A model generated the notes under the pieces. The model saw only the letters and a program-made list of their open reading frames with translations. It ran no database searches and was not told where the DNA came from. 64,000 bases of DNA, from the NCBI GenBank assembly GCA_017853275.1, contig JAFMJV010000007.1, forward strand, positions 1,694-65,693, read 5' to 3'. The position numbers and the translations under genes are program-made. The DNA is from Chloroflexota bacterium. Lineage in GTDB: Bacteria; Chloroflexota; Limnocylindria; Limnocylindrales; CSP1-4. Below, piece by piece: positions 1 through 10,119 of the stretch (the first letter of the stretch is position 1; each line of letters begins with the position of its first letter).

Positions 1-1
1 G

Positions 2-595
2 GGCGTCGTCCTCCTCGCGGACGGGGCGATCCGTCTCATCGTCATCGTCCTCTCGCCGATCCTCCCGGCCTCCACGGTCCTCCTCGGCGGGGGTGCCGGG
101 GACCCGGATCTCGGCCCGGCGATCGGGATGCTCCTGGCGGGCCTCGTCCTCTGGGCGCCGGCGTGGGCGCTCCTCGCCACGCTCCGCAGCGTCGACCCGG
201 TGGGTGAGGCTGCGGCGATGACCCGCCGTGGCGCGCTCGTCCTGACCGGCCTCGGCGCGCTCGTGGTCTCCGTGGTCTCCGGCGCCTTCCTCCTCGATCG
301 GCTCCTGCGCGAGGCGCTCGGGGGACGGATCCCGGCGGACGGAGCGGGAGTCACCTCGTTCGCGGTCCTCGCGGTCGCGCTCGCGGTCCTCCTCTTCCAC
401 GCCGTGGAGCTATGGCGCGACCTGCGCCTCCTCCGGGGCATCCCGGTGACGGGTGATGCCGTGGACGTGGCGATCGCGGAGGAGCTCGACCTCGTCCTCC
501 CGGGTGGCACGGACGTGGAGGCGCTGAACGAGCGGATCCGCGCGCTCCTCCCGCCGGGGACCACCCTCCGGGTCCGCCGGCACGCGCACGGGTAG
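2..595 (+). CDS. Multi-pass membrane protein, 5'-truncated (DUF5671-like)
   Basis: The frame of ORF 128..595 is open back to the window edge (GVVLLADGAIRLIVIVLS...) and has several hydrophobic helices. Family assignment is tentative. Confidence 0.6.
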   Translation, partial: GVVLLADGAIRLIVIVLSPILPASTVLLGGGAGDPDLGPAIGMLLAGLVLWAPAWALLATLRSVDPVGEAAAMTRRGALVLTGLGALVVSVVSGAFLLDRLLREALGGRIPADGAGVTSFAVLAVALAVLLFHAVELWRDLRLLRGIPVTGDAVDVAIAEELDLVLPGGTDVEALNERIRALLPPGTTLRVRRHAHG

Positions 596-600
596 CGGCG

Positions 601-1563
601 TCAGGCGGGGAGGCGGCCCGCCGCGCGGAGGAGGTCGAGGCAGATCTCGGCCGCCTGGAGGTGGAGGTCCACCACGGCCTCCCGGGAGCTCGCCGCCACG
701 TGCGGCGTCTGGACCAGGTTCGGCGACCCGGCGAGCGGGTCCGTGGCAGGGTCCGGCGGCTCGGGATCGCGGACGTCCAGCGCCGCCCACGCGATCCGCC
801 CGTCCGCCATCGCCGCCGCGAGCGCCCGCTCGTCGATCAGCCCGCCGCGCGCCACGTTGACGAGGAGCATCCCCGGCCGGGCATGGAGGAGGGTCCGCTC
901 GTTCAGGAGATGGCGCGACTGCGGGGTGAGCGCCGCGCACAGGATGAGCGCATCCGCGCGCTCCAGGAGCTCCTCCAGCGGCACGATCGGCAGCTCGGGC
1001 CGCGGCTCCACGAAGGGATCCGCCGCGATCGTCCGCAGCCCGAAGGCCCGCGCCCGCTCACCTACCCGCGTCCCGATCCGTCCCGCCCCCACGATCCCCA
1101 GCGTCTTCCCGCGGATCCGCCGGATCCCGTCAACGTGCGCCGAGCGGCGGATCGCCGCCCACCCGTGCGCCTCCACGAGGTCCACGATCGGGACCACGGA
1201 GCGCCAGAGCGCGAGGAGGAGGGCCATCCCGTGGTCCGCCACCTCGTCCGAGCAGTAGCCGGGGACGTTCGTGACGGGGATCCCGCGGGCTGCGGCTGCC
1301 GCATGGTCCACCTGGTTCATCCCGATGCTGTAGCACAGGATCCCCGCGCAGCGCCGGAGCCGGGCGATCCGCTCCGCATCCAGGCGCGCCACGGAGGTGG
1401 CGATCACGACATCCGCCTCCTCGATCAGCCGGTCCGCCTCCGCGGGGTCCGCGGGGATGAGGAGCTCCACCCCGGCGGGGTCGAGGACCGAGCGCTCCAG
1501 CTCGTAGGACCAGGCGCCGGGGATCGGATCGAAGAAGACGACACGGGGTATGCGGGCGGGCAT
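601..1563 (-). CDS. D-isomer-specific 2-hydroxyacid dehydrogenase (CtBP-like)
   Basis: NVPGYCSDEVADH, Rossmann GIVGAGRIG, and catalytic Arg/Glu/His in NVARGG, DPEP and TPHVA. Confidence 0.9.
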   Translation of the reverse strand: MPARIPRVVFFDPIPGAWSYELERSVLDPAGVELLIPADPAEADRLIEEADVVIATSVARLDAERIARLRRCAGILCYSIGMNQVDHAAAAARGIPVTNVPGYCSDEVADHGMALLLALWRSVVPIVDLVEAHGWAAIRRSAHVDGIRRIRGKTLGIVGAGRIGTRVGERARAFGLRTIAADPFVEPRPELPIVPLEELLERADALILCAALTPQSRHLLNERTLLHARPGMLLVNVARGGLIDERALAAAMADGRIAWAALDVRDPEPPDPATDPLAGSPNLVQTPHVAASSREAVVDLHLQAAEICLDLLRAAGRLPA

Positions 1564-1600
1564 GGGCGGGAGCCTAGGGGCGGCCCGCCGCGGTGGTCAA
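1564..1600 (-). promoter_or_regulatory. Sigma70-type leaderless promoter TTGACC-N18-TAGGCT-N7-ATG
   Basis: Minus strand: TTGACC (1600-1595), 18-nt spacer, TAGGCT (1576-1571), 7 nt, ATG at 1563. No SD. Confidence 0.65.
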
Positions 1601-1728
1601 GCCGCCCCGGATCGCGCGCGGAGAGCCGTCGCGCGGGGATGGCCGGATGCTAGGCTGCGGCGGGGGCCGTCACCGGGGCGGACCGTGTCCCCGGTGATCA
1701 GCGCCCCGGCCATGGTGAGGAGGTCCGG

Positions 1729-3399
1729 ATGCGGTTCCGTAGGCTCGGGCTGGTCGTCGCCGGCGTGATGCTGGCGTCGCTCGGCGCAGGGGCGGTGAGC
1801 GCCCAGGACGGTGGATCCGTCCTGCGCGTGGCACGGCTCGCCGACCACTTCAACACGTTCCACCCCGTCCAGTTCCAGACCGGGAACCAGTTCCAGTGGT
1901 GGAGCAACATCTTCAACACGCTGGTGAAGGTGGACACCGATTCGCGCACCGTGGTGCCGGATCTCGCCGACACGTGGGAGATCTCCCCGGACGGCCTCGT
2001 CTACACCTTCAACCTCCACCCGGACGTGACCTGGCATGACGGCGAGCCCTTCACGGCCGCGGACGTCGCCTTCACGATCGACTGGTACGCGAACAACTCC
2101 ACCCTGGACGACACGGGCGCGCTCGTCCCCGGCTACAAGGGCTACGTGCCGAAGTGGGGCCAGATCGTCGGCGTCAACGACGTGGTGGGCACCCTCAACG
2201 AGGACGGCTCCGTCACCCCGGGGACGGGCCACGTCTCCGGCGTGGAGGTCGTGGACGACCACACGGTGAAGCTCACCCTGGGCGCGCCGGATGCGATCTT
2301 CCTGCCGGGCCTCTCGGACCCGGCGAACGCGATCATGCCCGAGCACCTGCTCGCCGGGATGACCGCCGCGGAGATCGAGGCGAGCCCCTTCATCATGGGG
2401 ACGCCCGGCGCCACGATCGGGACCGGCCCCTACAAGCTCGCCGAGTTCATCCCGGATCAGCAGCTGACCCTGGAGGCGAACCCGGACTACTTCAAGGGCG
2501 CCCCCGGCATCGACCGGATCGTCTTCAAGATGTTCGCGGACCCGGCGCTCGCGATCGCGCAGCTCGAGTCCGGTGACCTCGACCTCGCCTTCCGCATCCC
2601 GCCCTCCGAGTTCGACCGGCTCGCCGCGAACGAGGGGCTGAACGTCATCTCCGCGCGGAACCCGGGCGTCGTCCGGATCGTGATGAACACGGACACCGCC
2701 CCCTGGGACAAGCCGGAGCTCCGCCAGGCGATCGCCTACGCGGTGAACAAGCAGGCGATCGTCGACTCCTTCTACAAGGGCCGTGCCGAGGTCCTCTACA
2801 ACCACCCCGGCTTCACGACCTACGACGACATCAACAAGTACGAGCACGACCCGGCCAAGGCGGCCGAGCTGCTCGCGGCCGGCGGCTATGCCGGTGAGCC
2901 CTTCAAGATCGTCTACGACTCCACCTTCCCGGACGCCGGGTCGATCATGCCGCTCATCCAGGCCGACCTCGTGGCCGCCGGGATCTCCGCGGAGCTCGTC
3001 CCCACGGAAGGCGCGGAGGCGTACGTCGCCACGCTCGGTGACCGGAGCAAGTGGGATGGCGCGATCGGCGTCGGCGGGAGCGAGGCGCTCCATCCGGACC
3101 GCTCGATGCAGTACTACTCCACCTCCGCGAGCCCGGCGTCGGGGAACTCGAACTACACGAATCCCCGGATCTTCGAGCTCTGGAACGCGGCCCGGGCGGA
3201 GCCCGATGACGCGAAGCGCGACGAGCTCTACCACGAGCTCGCGCTCATCCTGAACACGGACCTCCCGATGATCCACCTCTATGCCCCGAACCTCGTGATG
3301 GTCTCCACGAAGGGCCTGGGTGGTGGCTTCGCGGTCCACCTGAACGAGCGCGAATCGTTCATGAACTCCGAAGCCTGGACGCTCGAGCCCGCCGGCTGA
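1729..3399 (+). CDS. Peptide/nickel ABC transporter substrate-binding protein (family 5)
   Basis: Signal peptide ending AVSA-QD; VVPDLADTWEISPDGLVYTFNLHPDVTWHDGEPFTAADVAFT signature; GTGPYKL; SD GAGGAGG upstream. Confidence 0.93.
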   Translation: MRFRRLGLVVAGVMLASLGAGAVSAQDGGSVLRVARLADHFNTFHPVQFQTGNQFQWWSNIFNTLVKVDTDSRTVVPDLADTWEISPDGLVYTFNLHPDVTWHDGEPFTAADVAFTIDWYANNSTLDDTGALVPGYKGYVPKWGQIVGVNDVVGTLNEDGSVTPGTGHVSGVEVVDDHTVKLTLGAPDAIFLPGLSDPANAIMPEHLLAGMTAAEIEASPFIMGTPGATIGTGPYKLAEFIPDQQLTLEANPDYFKGAPGIDRIVFKMFADPALAIAQLESGDLDLAFRIPPSEFDRLAANEGLNVISARNPGVVRIVMNTDTAPWDKPELRQAIAYAVNKQAIVDSFYKGRAEVLYNHPGFTTYDDINKYEHDPAKAAELLAAGGYAGEPFKIVYDSTFPDAGSIMPLIQADLVAAGISAELVPTEGAEAYVATLGDRSKWDGAIGVGGSEALHPDRSMQYYSTSASPASGNSNYTNPRIFELWNAARAEPDDAKRDELYHELALILNTDLPMIHLYAPNLVMVSTKGLGGGFAVHLNERESFMNSEAWTLEPAG

Positions 3400-3459
3400 C
3401 CTGCGGTCCCGAACGCTGAAGATGGCGCCCATCGGCCTCCCCTCACCGGGTCGCGGCTG

Positions 3460-4437
3460 ATGGGCGCCTACTTCATCCGGCGGATCCTCATCGCGATCCC
3501 GGTCCTGCTCGGGATCACCCTGCTCGCCTTCTTCGTGGTGAGCATGACCCCCGGCGATCCGCTCATCTCCCGGATGGACCCGGAGACGCTCGCGCGGATG
3601 AGCGCGAACCCGGAGCAGCTGGAGGCGATGCGGCGCCAGCTCGGGCTGGACCAGCCCGTCCCCGTCCAGTACCTGCGCTGGCTCGAGGGTGTCGTGCAGG
3701 GCGATCTCGGGTACAGCATCAGCACCGGGCGCGCGATCGTGGACGAGATCGGTCCGCGGATCGGCCCGAGCATCACCCTCATGCTCCTGGCGGCGCTTGT
3801 GGCGCTCGCCTTCGGGCTGCCGGCCGGGATCCTCTCGGCCGTCCACCAGTACGGGAAGCTGGACTACGCGCTCTCCGCGCTGACCGTCTTCCTCGTCTCC
3901 ACCCCCACCTTCGTCCTCGGGCTCGTCGCGATCTACCTCTTCGGGGTCTCGCTCGACTGGCTCCCGGTGGGCGAGATGGTGACGATCGGGAAGGAGGACG
4001 ACCTCCTGGACCGGCTCTCCCATTACATCCTGCCTGCGCTCATCCTCGGGCTGGTGAACGCGGCGCTCCTCATGCGCTACACGCGGGCGAGCATGGTGGA
4101 GGCGCTCGGCGCGGACTACATCACGACCGCGGAATCCAAGGGGCTCGCCTACCGGATCGTGGTCATCCGCCACGGCCTGCGGAACGCGCTCATCCCCGTC
4201 ATCACCGTCCTCGCCTTCCTCATGCCGGAGCTGATCGCGGGTGCGGTCGTGACGGAGACGGTCTTCAACTGGCCGGGGCTCGGGCAGCTCTCCGTGAAGG
4301 CGGCCAAGGCGGGCGATCCCTCCCTGATGATGGGGATCGTGCTCATCGTGGGGACGGCGGTCCTCATCGCGAGCATCGTGGCCGACCTCGCCTACTCGAT
4401 CGCGGACCCGCGGATCCGCTTCGACCGTGGCCGCTGA
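3460..4437 (+). CDS. Peptide ABC transporter permease (OppB/DppB-like)
   Basis: PGDP, GLDQP..QYLRWL..GDLGYS, EAA loop (YITTAESKG...HGLRNA), DPRIR. Confidence 0.93.
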   Translation: MGAYFIRRILIAIPVLLGITLLAFFVVSMTPGDPLISRMDPETLARMSANPEQLEAMRRQLGLDQPVPVQYLRWLEGVVQGDLGYSISTGRAIVDEIGPRIGPSITLMLLAALVALAFGLPAGILSAVHQYGKLDYALSALTVFLVSTPTFVLGLVAIYLFGVSLDWLPVGEMVTIGKEDDLLDRLSHYILPALILGLVNAALLMRYTRASMVEALGADYITTAESKGLAYRIVVIRHGLRNALIPVITVLAFLMPELIAGAVVTETVFNWPGLGQLSVKAAKAGDPSLMMGIVLIVGTAVLIASIVADLAYSIADPRIRFDRGR

Positions 4438-5344
4438 GACGCTCGCGCCGGCGGAGGCCGAGCGCGCGGAGCAGATCGTGGCCGGCGAGCACGAGGGGCT
4501 CGTGCGGATGGCGGTGCGCCGCTTCACCCGCCACCGCCTCGCGATGCTCGGCCTCGTCACCCTCGTCACGATCATCGCGATCGCCGCGCTCGCGCCGGTC
4601 CTCCTCCCCATGGACCCGATCACGCCCGACTACGAGAACCTCGGGATGCCGCCGAGCGCCGCGCACCTCCTGGGTGGCGACCTCTCGGGACGCGACGTCC
4701 TGGCGCGGGTGATCTACGGGACGCGCGTCTCGCTCATCGCGGGGCTCGGCTCGGTCGTCGTCTTCGTCTCCATCGGGACCGCGGTGGGGCTGATCGCCGG
4801 GTCGCTCGGCGGGGTGGCGGACCAGGTCCTCATGCGCATCACGGACATCTTCCTCTCGATCCCGCCCCTCCTCCTGATCATCGTCTTCATCTCCATCGTG
4901 GGGGCCGGGCTCGGCTCCGTCATCGCGGTCATCGGGCTCGTCTACTGGCCCCAGACCGCGCGCCTCGTCCGGGGCCAGCTCCTCGGCCTGCGGGAGGCGG
5001 AGTTCGTCACCGCCTCGCGGGTGATCGGCGTGCGGGAGCGGGAGATCGTGGTCCGGCACATGATCCCGAACATCTTCGGGCCGCTCACCGTGGTCGCCAC
5101 CTTCGGCGTGGCGAGCGCGATCCTCCTGGAGGCGGCCCTCTCCTTCCTCGGCCTCGGGGTGAAGCCGCCCACGCCGAGCCTGGGCGAGATGATCGCCTCT
5201 GCACGCACCCCGAGCGTCCTCCAGGAGCAGCCCTGGGTCTGGCTCCCGGCCGGGATCGTCATCGCGCTCATCGTCATGTCCGTGAACTTCGTGGGCGACG
5301 GCCTGCGCGACGCGCTCGACCCCAAGGCATCGCGCCGTGGCTGA
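4427..5344 (+). CDS. Peptide ABC transporter permease (OppC/DppC-like)
   Basis: HLLGGDLSGRDVLARVIYGTRVSL, EAALSFLGLG, GDGLRDALDP. Confidence 0.93.
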   Translation: MAAETLAPAEAERAEQIVAGEHEGLVRMAVRRFTRHRLAMLGLVTLVTIIAIAALAPVLLPMDPITPDYENLGMPPSAAHLLGGDLSGRDVLARVIYGTRVSLIAGLGSVVVFVSIGTAVGLIAGSLGGVADQVLMRITDIFLSIPPLLLIIVFISIVGAGLGSVIAVIGLVYWPQTARLVRGQLLGLREAEFVTASRVIGVREREIVVRHMIPNIFGPLTVVATFGVASAILLEAALSFLGLGVKPPTPSLGEMIASARTPSVLQEQPWVWLPAGIVIALIVMSVNFVGDGLRDALDPKASRRG

Positions 5345-6368
5345 GACGCCCCTTCTCTCCGTGCGCGACCTCCAGGTGGAGTTCCGCGGCCGGCGCACGG
5401 TCCGCGCGGTGCGCGGGATCTCGTACGACCTCGCCCGCGGGGAGACGCTCGGGATCGTGGGCGAATCGGGCTCCGGCAAGAGCGTCAGCGCGCTCTCCCT
5501 CGTGGGGCTCCTCCCCCGGCGCGCGGGGCGGATCACCGGCGGCTCCGTCCGCCTGGACGGCCGGGAGCTCGTGGGGCTCGCCCCGGACGAGCTGCGCGGT
5601 GTGCGCGGCGCCCGGGTCGGCTTCGTCTTCCAGGATCCGCTCTCCAGCCTCAACCCGGTCCTCACCGTGGGCCGCCAGATCACCGAATCGCTGGAGGCCC
5701 ACACGGGCCGGAGCGGTTCCGCCGCCACCACCCGGGCGATCGAGCTCCTGGAGCTGGTGGGGATCCCGAACCCGGCCCGGCGCGTGAAGGAGTACCCGCA
5801 CCAGTTCTCCGGCGGGATGCGCCAGCGGGCGATGATCGCGATGGCGCTCGCCTGCGAGCCCGCGCTCCTCATCGCGGACGAGCCCACGACCGCGCTGGAC
5901 GTCACGATCCAGGCCCAGATCATCGAGCTCCTCCGGCGGCTCCGCGAGGAGATGGGGATGGCGGTCCTCCTCATCACCCACGACCTCGGCGTGGTGGCGG
6001 GCTTCGCGGACCGGGTCGCGGTGATGTACGCGGGGCGGATCGTGGAGACGGGGGTGACCGAGGAGGTGCTCGCCGCGCCCGCGCACCCCTACACCGTGGG
6101 GCTCCTGCGCTCGATGCCGCGCCTGGACCGGGCGCGCCAGGGACGGCTCACCCCGATCGAGGGGTCGCCGCCGGACCTGGGGGGCACGCTCGTGGGCTGC
6201 GCCTTCGCGCCACGCTGCGCCTGGCGCATCGAGCGCTGCCGGTCCGAGGACCCGGATCTCGCCGCGGTGGGCGGGACGGCGGCGCACCGGGCCGCCTGCC
6301 ATGCCCAGCCGACCCCGGCGGAGGTGGTGGCCGGACGACCCCTGCGGGACGGGGAGGGAGCGGCATGA
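5337..6368 (+). CDS. Peptide ABC transporter ATP-binding protein (OppD/DppD-like)
   Basis: [31 protein letters not shown] and C-terminal Cys cluster. Confidence 0.95.
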   Translation: MAETPLLSVRDLQVEFRGRRTVRAVRGISYDLARGETLGIVGESGSGKSVSALSLVGLLPRRAGRITGGSVRLDGRELVGLAPDELRGVRGARVGFVFQDPLSSLNPVLTVGRQITESLEAHTGRSGSAATTRAIELLELVGIPNPARRVKEYPHQFSGGMRQRAMIAMALACEPALLIADEPTTALDVTIQAQIIELLRRLREEMGMAVLLITHDLGVVAGFADRVAVMYAGRIVETGVTEEVLAAPAHPYTVGLLRSMPRLDRARQGRLTPIEGSPPDLGGTLVGCAFAPRCAWRIERCRSEDPDLAAVGGTAAHRAACHAQPTPAEVVAGRPLRDGEGAA

Positions 6369-7447
6369 GCGACGACGCGGGACGGCCCGACGCCCCTCAC
6401 CTGGCGGTGGACGGGCTCGTGGTCCGCTTCCCGATCATGGGCGGCGTGCTGCGGCGGACCGTGGGCTGGGTCTCCGCGGTGGAGGATGTCTCCTTCGCGA
6501 TCCCGCGCGGCCGGACGCTCGGGCTCGTGGGCGAATCGGGGAGCGGGAAGACGACGATCGGCCGCGCGATCGTGCGCGTGAACCGGCCCCAGTCCGGCAC
6601 GATCCGGCTCGGCGGGGAGGACCTCCTCGCCCTCTCCGGCGAGGAGCTGCGGCGGCGGCGGCGCAGCTTCCAGATGGTCTTCCAGGACCCCCAGTCGAGC
6701 CTCGACCCGCGCCAGACGGTGGGCCAGATCCTCGCCGAGCCGCTGCGCACCCACGGGCTCCCCGCGAGCGGGGAGCGGAACGCGCGGATCGCGGAGCTGC
6801 TCGGGATGGTGGGCCTCGATCCGCGCTTCACGAGCCGCTATCCCCACGAGTTCAGCGGCGGCCAGCGCCAGCGGATCGGGATCGCGCGGGCGCTCGCGGT
6901 GGAGCCGGAGCTGATCGTCTGCGACGAGCCGATCTCCGCCCTGGACGTCTCGATCCAGGCGCAGGTCCTCAACCTCCTCGAGGAGCTCCAGGAGCGGCTC
7001 GGGCTCACCTACCTCGTCATCGCCCATGATCTCGCCGTGGTGCGCCACCTCGCCCACGACGTGGCGGTGATGTACCTGGGCCGGCTGGTGGAGATCGCGG
7101 ACGCGGAGGACCTCTACGCCGCACCCGCCCACCCGTACACGATCGCCCTCCTCTCCGCCGTCCCCGTCCCGGACGCCGCCGCCGAGCGGCGCCGGCGCCG
7201 GATCATCCTCACCGGCGACATCCCCTCCCCTGCGGACCCGCCATCGGGCTGCCGCTTCCACACCCGATGCTGGCTCCGTGACCGGCTCGGGGGTCCGGAG
7301 CGCTGCCGCACGGAGATCCCGGTCCTCGCGCCGCCGGACCCCGCACGTCCGGGGCACCGGGCCGCCTGCCACTTCCCTGCCGAGGCCCGCGCCGCGATCG
7401 ACCCGGCGACCCTCGTCCCCGTCGCCCGCGAGACCCCGGGCGCCTAG
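6365..7447 (+). CDS. Peptide ABC transporter ATP-binding protein (OppF/DppF-like)
   Basis: [40 protein letters not shown]; ATGA overlap with the previous gene. Confidence 0.95.
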   Translation: MSDDAGRPDAPHLAVDGLVVRFPIMGGVLRRTVGWVSAVEDVSFAIPRGRTLGLVGESGSGKTTIGRAIVRVNRPQSGTIRLGGEDLLALSGEELRRRRRSFQMVFQDPQSSLDPRQTVGQILAEPLRTHGLPASGERNARIAELLGMVGLDPRFTSRYPHEFSGGQRQRIGIARALAVEPELIVCDEPISALDVSIQAQVLNLLEELQERLGLTYLVIAHDLAVVRHLAHDVAVMYLGRLVEIADAEDLYAAPAHPYTIALLSAVPVPDAAAERRRRRIILTGDIPSPADPPSGCRFHTRCWLRDRLGGPERCRTEIPVLAPPDPARPGHRAACHFPAEARAAIDPATLVPVARETPGA

Positions 7448-7470
7448 CGACCGAGCACGGAGGAGCCGCG

Positions 7471-7938
7471 ATGCTGCACGCATGGGTGATCGGCCCGGTG
7501 ATCGTCACCGTGGGCTACTGGGAGCAGATCGGCGTGGAGACGGAGATCGGCGCCCGGGTGGAGATCCGGCGCGTCCAGCCGGAGCCCGTCCCCGGCGCGA
7601 ACCCCGGCGTGGCGGGCTTCCGCGTCCTCCCGGTGAGCGAGGGGATCTGGCGCGCCGATCTCTTCACGGGGCCGGACGGGCCGATCTACCACTACCACCC
7701 CGCCTTCTGCGACGGCGACGTGGGGGAGCGCCACCTCGATGCGCGGCTGAGCGTGGACCCGGTGGGCTGGACGATGGACCGGCTCGCGGATATCCGCGGC
7801 CTCCTCGCAGGCTCCGGCGCGGCGGACGTGGCGGACGCGGTCCCGCAGGCGCACCTCGACCTCGTGCTGCCCGCGATCCGCGCCGCCATCGAGCTCTCCT
7901 TCGCGCCGATCTCCGCGCACGCCGCGCGCGGGCGCTGA
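7471..7938 (+). CDS. Hypothetical protein (155 aa)
   Basis: Strong SD GGAGGAG, genome-typical codon usage, last gene of the ABC operon; motifs WRADLF, YHYHP and DPVGW. Confidence 0.75.
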   Translation: MLHAWVIGPVIVTVGYWEQIGVETEIGARVEIRRVQPEPVPGANPGVAGFRVLPVSEGIWRADLFTGPDGPIYHYHPAFCDGDVGERHLDARLSVDPVGWTMDRLADIRGLLAGSGAADVADAVPQAHLDLVLPAIRAAIELSFAPISAHAARGR

Positions 7939-7942
7939 CCGC

Positions 7943-7960
7943 GGGGAGGCGGGCCTCCCC
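7943..7960. terminator. Hairpin between convergent genes
   Basis: GGGGAGG-CGGG-CCTCCCC inverted repeat filling most of the 22-nt gap. Confidence 0.5.
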
Positions 7961-9094
7961 TCAGGGCCGGGACGCGAGCGCCCCGAGCAGCGTGTCCAGG
8001 TGCATGACGAACTCGAGGGTGATCCAGACGCGGTCGTTCGCGTGCGTCTCCACCCACGGCCGCCAGGCGCCGTCGTCATCCTGGTGCGCCACGTACCAGT
8101 CGCCCATGCGCAGCGTCCAGTCGCGGTAGACCGGCTCGCCGGTCAGCGTGTAGAGGAGGCTGGAGCCCCAGGAGCTCTTGCACGCGGAGGGGTAGCGCAG
8201 CTGGGCCGGCGTGGCCGCGAGCGAGAAGGCCTGGTAGTCACGGGCGAGCGCGAGCCATGCCCGGTCCCCCGTGGCCAGGACGAGCCGGGCAAGGAAGCCC
8301 GCCGCGATCCCCCCGATCGTCCAGCGCTGCATCCGGTCCGCGCCGTTCTCCACCGTCATGTGCGGCCCGTAGCCCGGATCGCCGGGGAGCATCGGCCGCT
8401 GCCGGGCGCGGGACCAGAAGCAGTGGAAGGTCCGGGGGATCCCCGTGGCCGGGTCCTCGGAGGGGGCCTGCGCGGCTCGGATCGTGCGCAGGAAGCCCGC
8501 CACGCGGAGCGCGACATCGATGCGGCCCACGGCGAGCGCCGCGAAGCCCGCGCCACAGGCGTAGGGGATATCCATCACGTCGCTCATCGACCCGTCCGCC
8601 TCGCGGTCGTTCGCGAAGGCGCCGCTCACCGGGTCCTGCCAGCGGAGGAGCTCCGGGAAGAGGCCCACGGAGAGGTCGTAGGCCCCCACCCGCTGGGCGC
8701 CCACGATGAGCGTGGCATCGCGGTAGGACCAGTCCGTGCGGATCTTCCGCAGCGGGCCGTCGATCCGCCCGTCCGGGGTGAGGAGGTTCCGGCGGATGAA
8801 GCCGCAGACCGCCTCCGCGGCCTCCGTCTCCCCCACGAGCGAGAAGGTCCACGGCGCGCGGTAGTACTCGAAGCCACGCTCCGGGTCCCCCACGCAGCCG
8901 TCCGGCCGGAGCTGCGCGAGAAGGTAGTCCGTCCCTCGGCGCCGCGCCGTCCGGATGGCCGCGATCCGCTCCGCGTCCGGGGCGCCGGCGAGGCGCGCCA
9001 TCCGCTCGCGGTCCGCCGCACGGGCGGGCTCCGTCCACCAGCCCGCCGCCTCCGGCCGCCGGCTCCCCGATTCGTCCAGGGTCTTGTCCGTCAT
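7961..9094 (-). CDS. Hypothetical protein, probable (alpha/alpha)6 toroid fold (377 aa)
   Basis: Start re-called at MTDKTLDESG (ATGA overlap at 9091-9094). QW-like repeats (YLLAQLRPDG, LLRWQDPVSGAF, WYVAHQDDDGAW) resemble prenyltransferase/six-hairpin folds. Confidence 0.7.
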   Translation of the reverse strand: MTDKTLDESGSRRPEAAGWWTEPARAADRERMARLAGAPDAERIAAIRTARRRGTDYLLAQLRPDGCVGDPERGFEYYRAPWTFSLVGETEAAEAVCGFIRRNLLTPDGRIDGPLRKIRTDWSYRDATLIVGAQRVGAYDLSVGLFPELLRWQDPVSGAFANDREADGSMSDVMDIPYACGAGFAALAVGRIDVALRVAGFLRTIRAAQAPSEDPATGIPRTFHCFWSRARQRPMLPGDPGYGPHMTVENGADRMQRWTIGGIAAGFLARLVLATGDRAWLALARDYQAFSLAATPAQLRYPSACKSSWGSSLLYTLTGEPVYRDWTLRMGDWYVAHQDDDGAWRPWVETHANDRVWITLEFVMHLDTLLGALASRP

Positions 9095-10107
9095 CGTCCC
9101 GCCTCCCCACGCGCCGCCAGGGCCTCGTCCACCATCCCGGTCACGCTCCGCTCCGGCGCGTAGCCGAGGACGGCGCGTGCCTTCGCGGAGCTGACGATCC
9201 AGCTCGGCCGGGCGCCCTCGAGGGTGACGGTCACCACCGGCAGCCCGAGCCGGCGGCCCAGGTGACCGAGCAGCTCGGCCTCCGCGTACGGGGCGGCCGG
9301 CCCGATGTTGAAGGCCTCGCCCACCGCGAGCGGGTGGCGGAGGGCCCCCACGATCCCCGCCGCCGCATCCCGGGCGTCGTTCAGCGTGGAGATCGCCGTC
9401 CGGCCGTCCGGATCCGCCACGAGGTAGAGGGCGGGTCCGGCATCCGCGTGGGGGCGGAGGGCGGCGAGGAGCTCCCGGTCCGCGGCGGACGGGGCGCGGT
9501 GGGCTTCGATGCGGCGGATCGCCGAGGCGACCCACATCCGGCTGCCGAAGACCCCGTCCGGGTCGATCAGCTCCTCCGCATCGGCCGTGGCGCTCGGCCG
9601 GACGATCGTGACCGGGATCCCGTACGCACGCTGGAAGGTGAGCGCGAGCTCCTCCGCGGCGACCTTCGTGGCGCCGTAGACGCTCGCGGGGATCCGCGGG
9701 TGGGTCTCGTCCACCGGCGAGAAGGCGGGCCCGCCCCCACCCCAGTAGACGGCGTCCGAGCTGACGATGCAGACCCGGTCGGGTCGCGAACCGCTGTCCC
9801 GGATCGCGGCGAGGAGGTGGTAGGTCCCCGCGGCGTTCGCGGCGAAGAACTCGTCGTCGATGCCGCCCCGGCTGGTGAGCGCGGCGGCGAGGTGGACGAT
9901 CGCCCGGGCACCGCGGACCGCGGGCACGAGGCTCGCGCGGTCCTCCAGGCGTCCCTCCACGATCTCGACCCCAGCCTGCGCGGCGAGCCAGGCGCGCCCG
10001 GGGTCATCCGGCAGGACGAGGGCCCGGACGGGGTCGCCGCTCGCGCGCAGGATCCGGGTGACGTGGCGGCCGATCCGCCCCGCGGCGCCGGTGACAAGGA
10101 CGGTCAT
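9091..10107 (-). CDS. NAD-dependent epimerase/dehydratase (extended SDR)
   Basis: TGAAGRIG, HLAA, SSDAVY, YGATK. Confidence 0.9.
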   Translation of the reverse strand: MTVLVTGAAGRIGRHVTRILRASGDPVRALVLPDDPGRAWLAAQAGVEIVEGRLEDRASLVPAVRGARAIVHLAAALTSRGGIDDEFFAANAAGTYHLLAAIRDSGSRPDRVCIVSSDAVYWGGGGPAFSPVDETHPRIPASVYGATKVAAEELALTFQRAYGIPVTIVRPSATADAEELIDPDGVFGSRMWVASAIRRIEAHRAPSAADRELLAALRPHADAGPALYLVADPDGRTAISTLNDARDAAAGIVGALRHPLAVGEAFNIGPAAPYAEAELLGHLGRRLGLPVVTVTLEGARPSWIVSSAKARAVLGYAPERSVTGMVDEALAARGEAGR

Positions 10108-10119
10108 CGCTCCCTCCGC

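Noticed and set aside
1597-4623. 1008-aa antisense ORF, and many similar long Arg/Gly/Pro-rich ORFs in the track
   Set aside because: Shadow frames of well-supported genes. Stop codons are rare in off-frames at this GC content and the products have no motifs.
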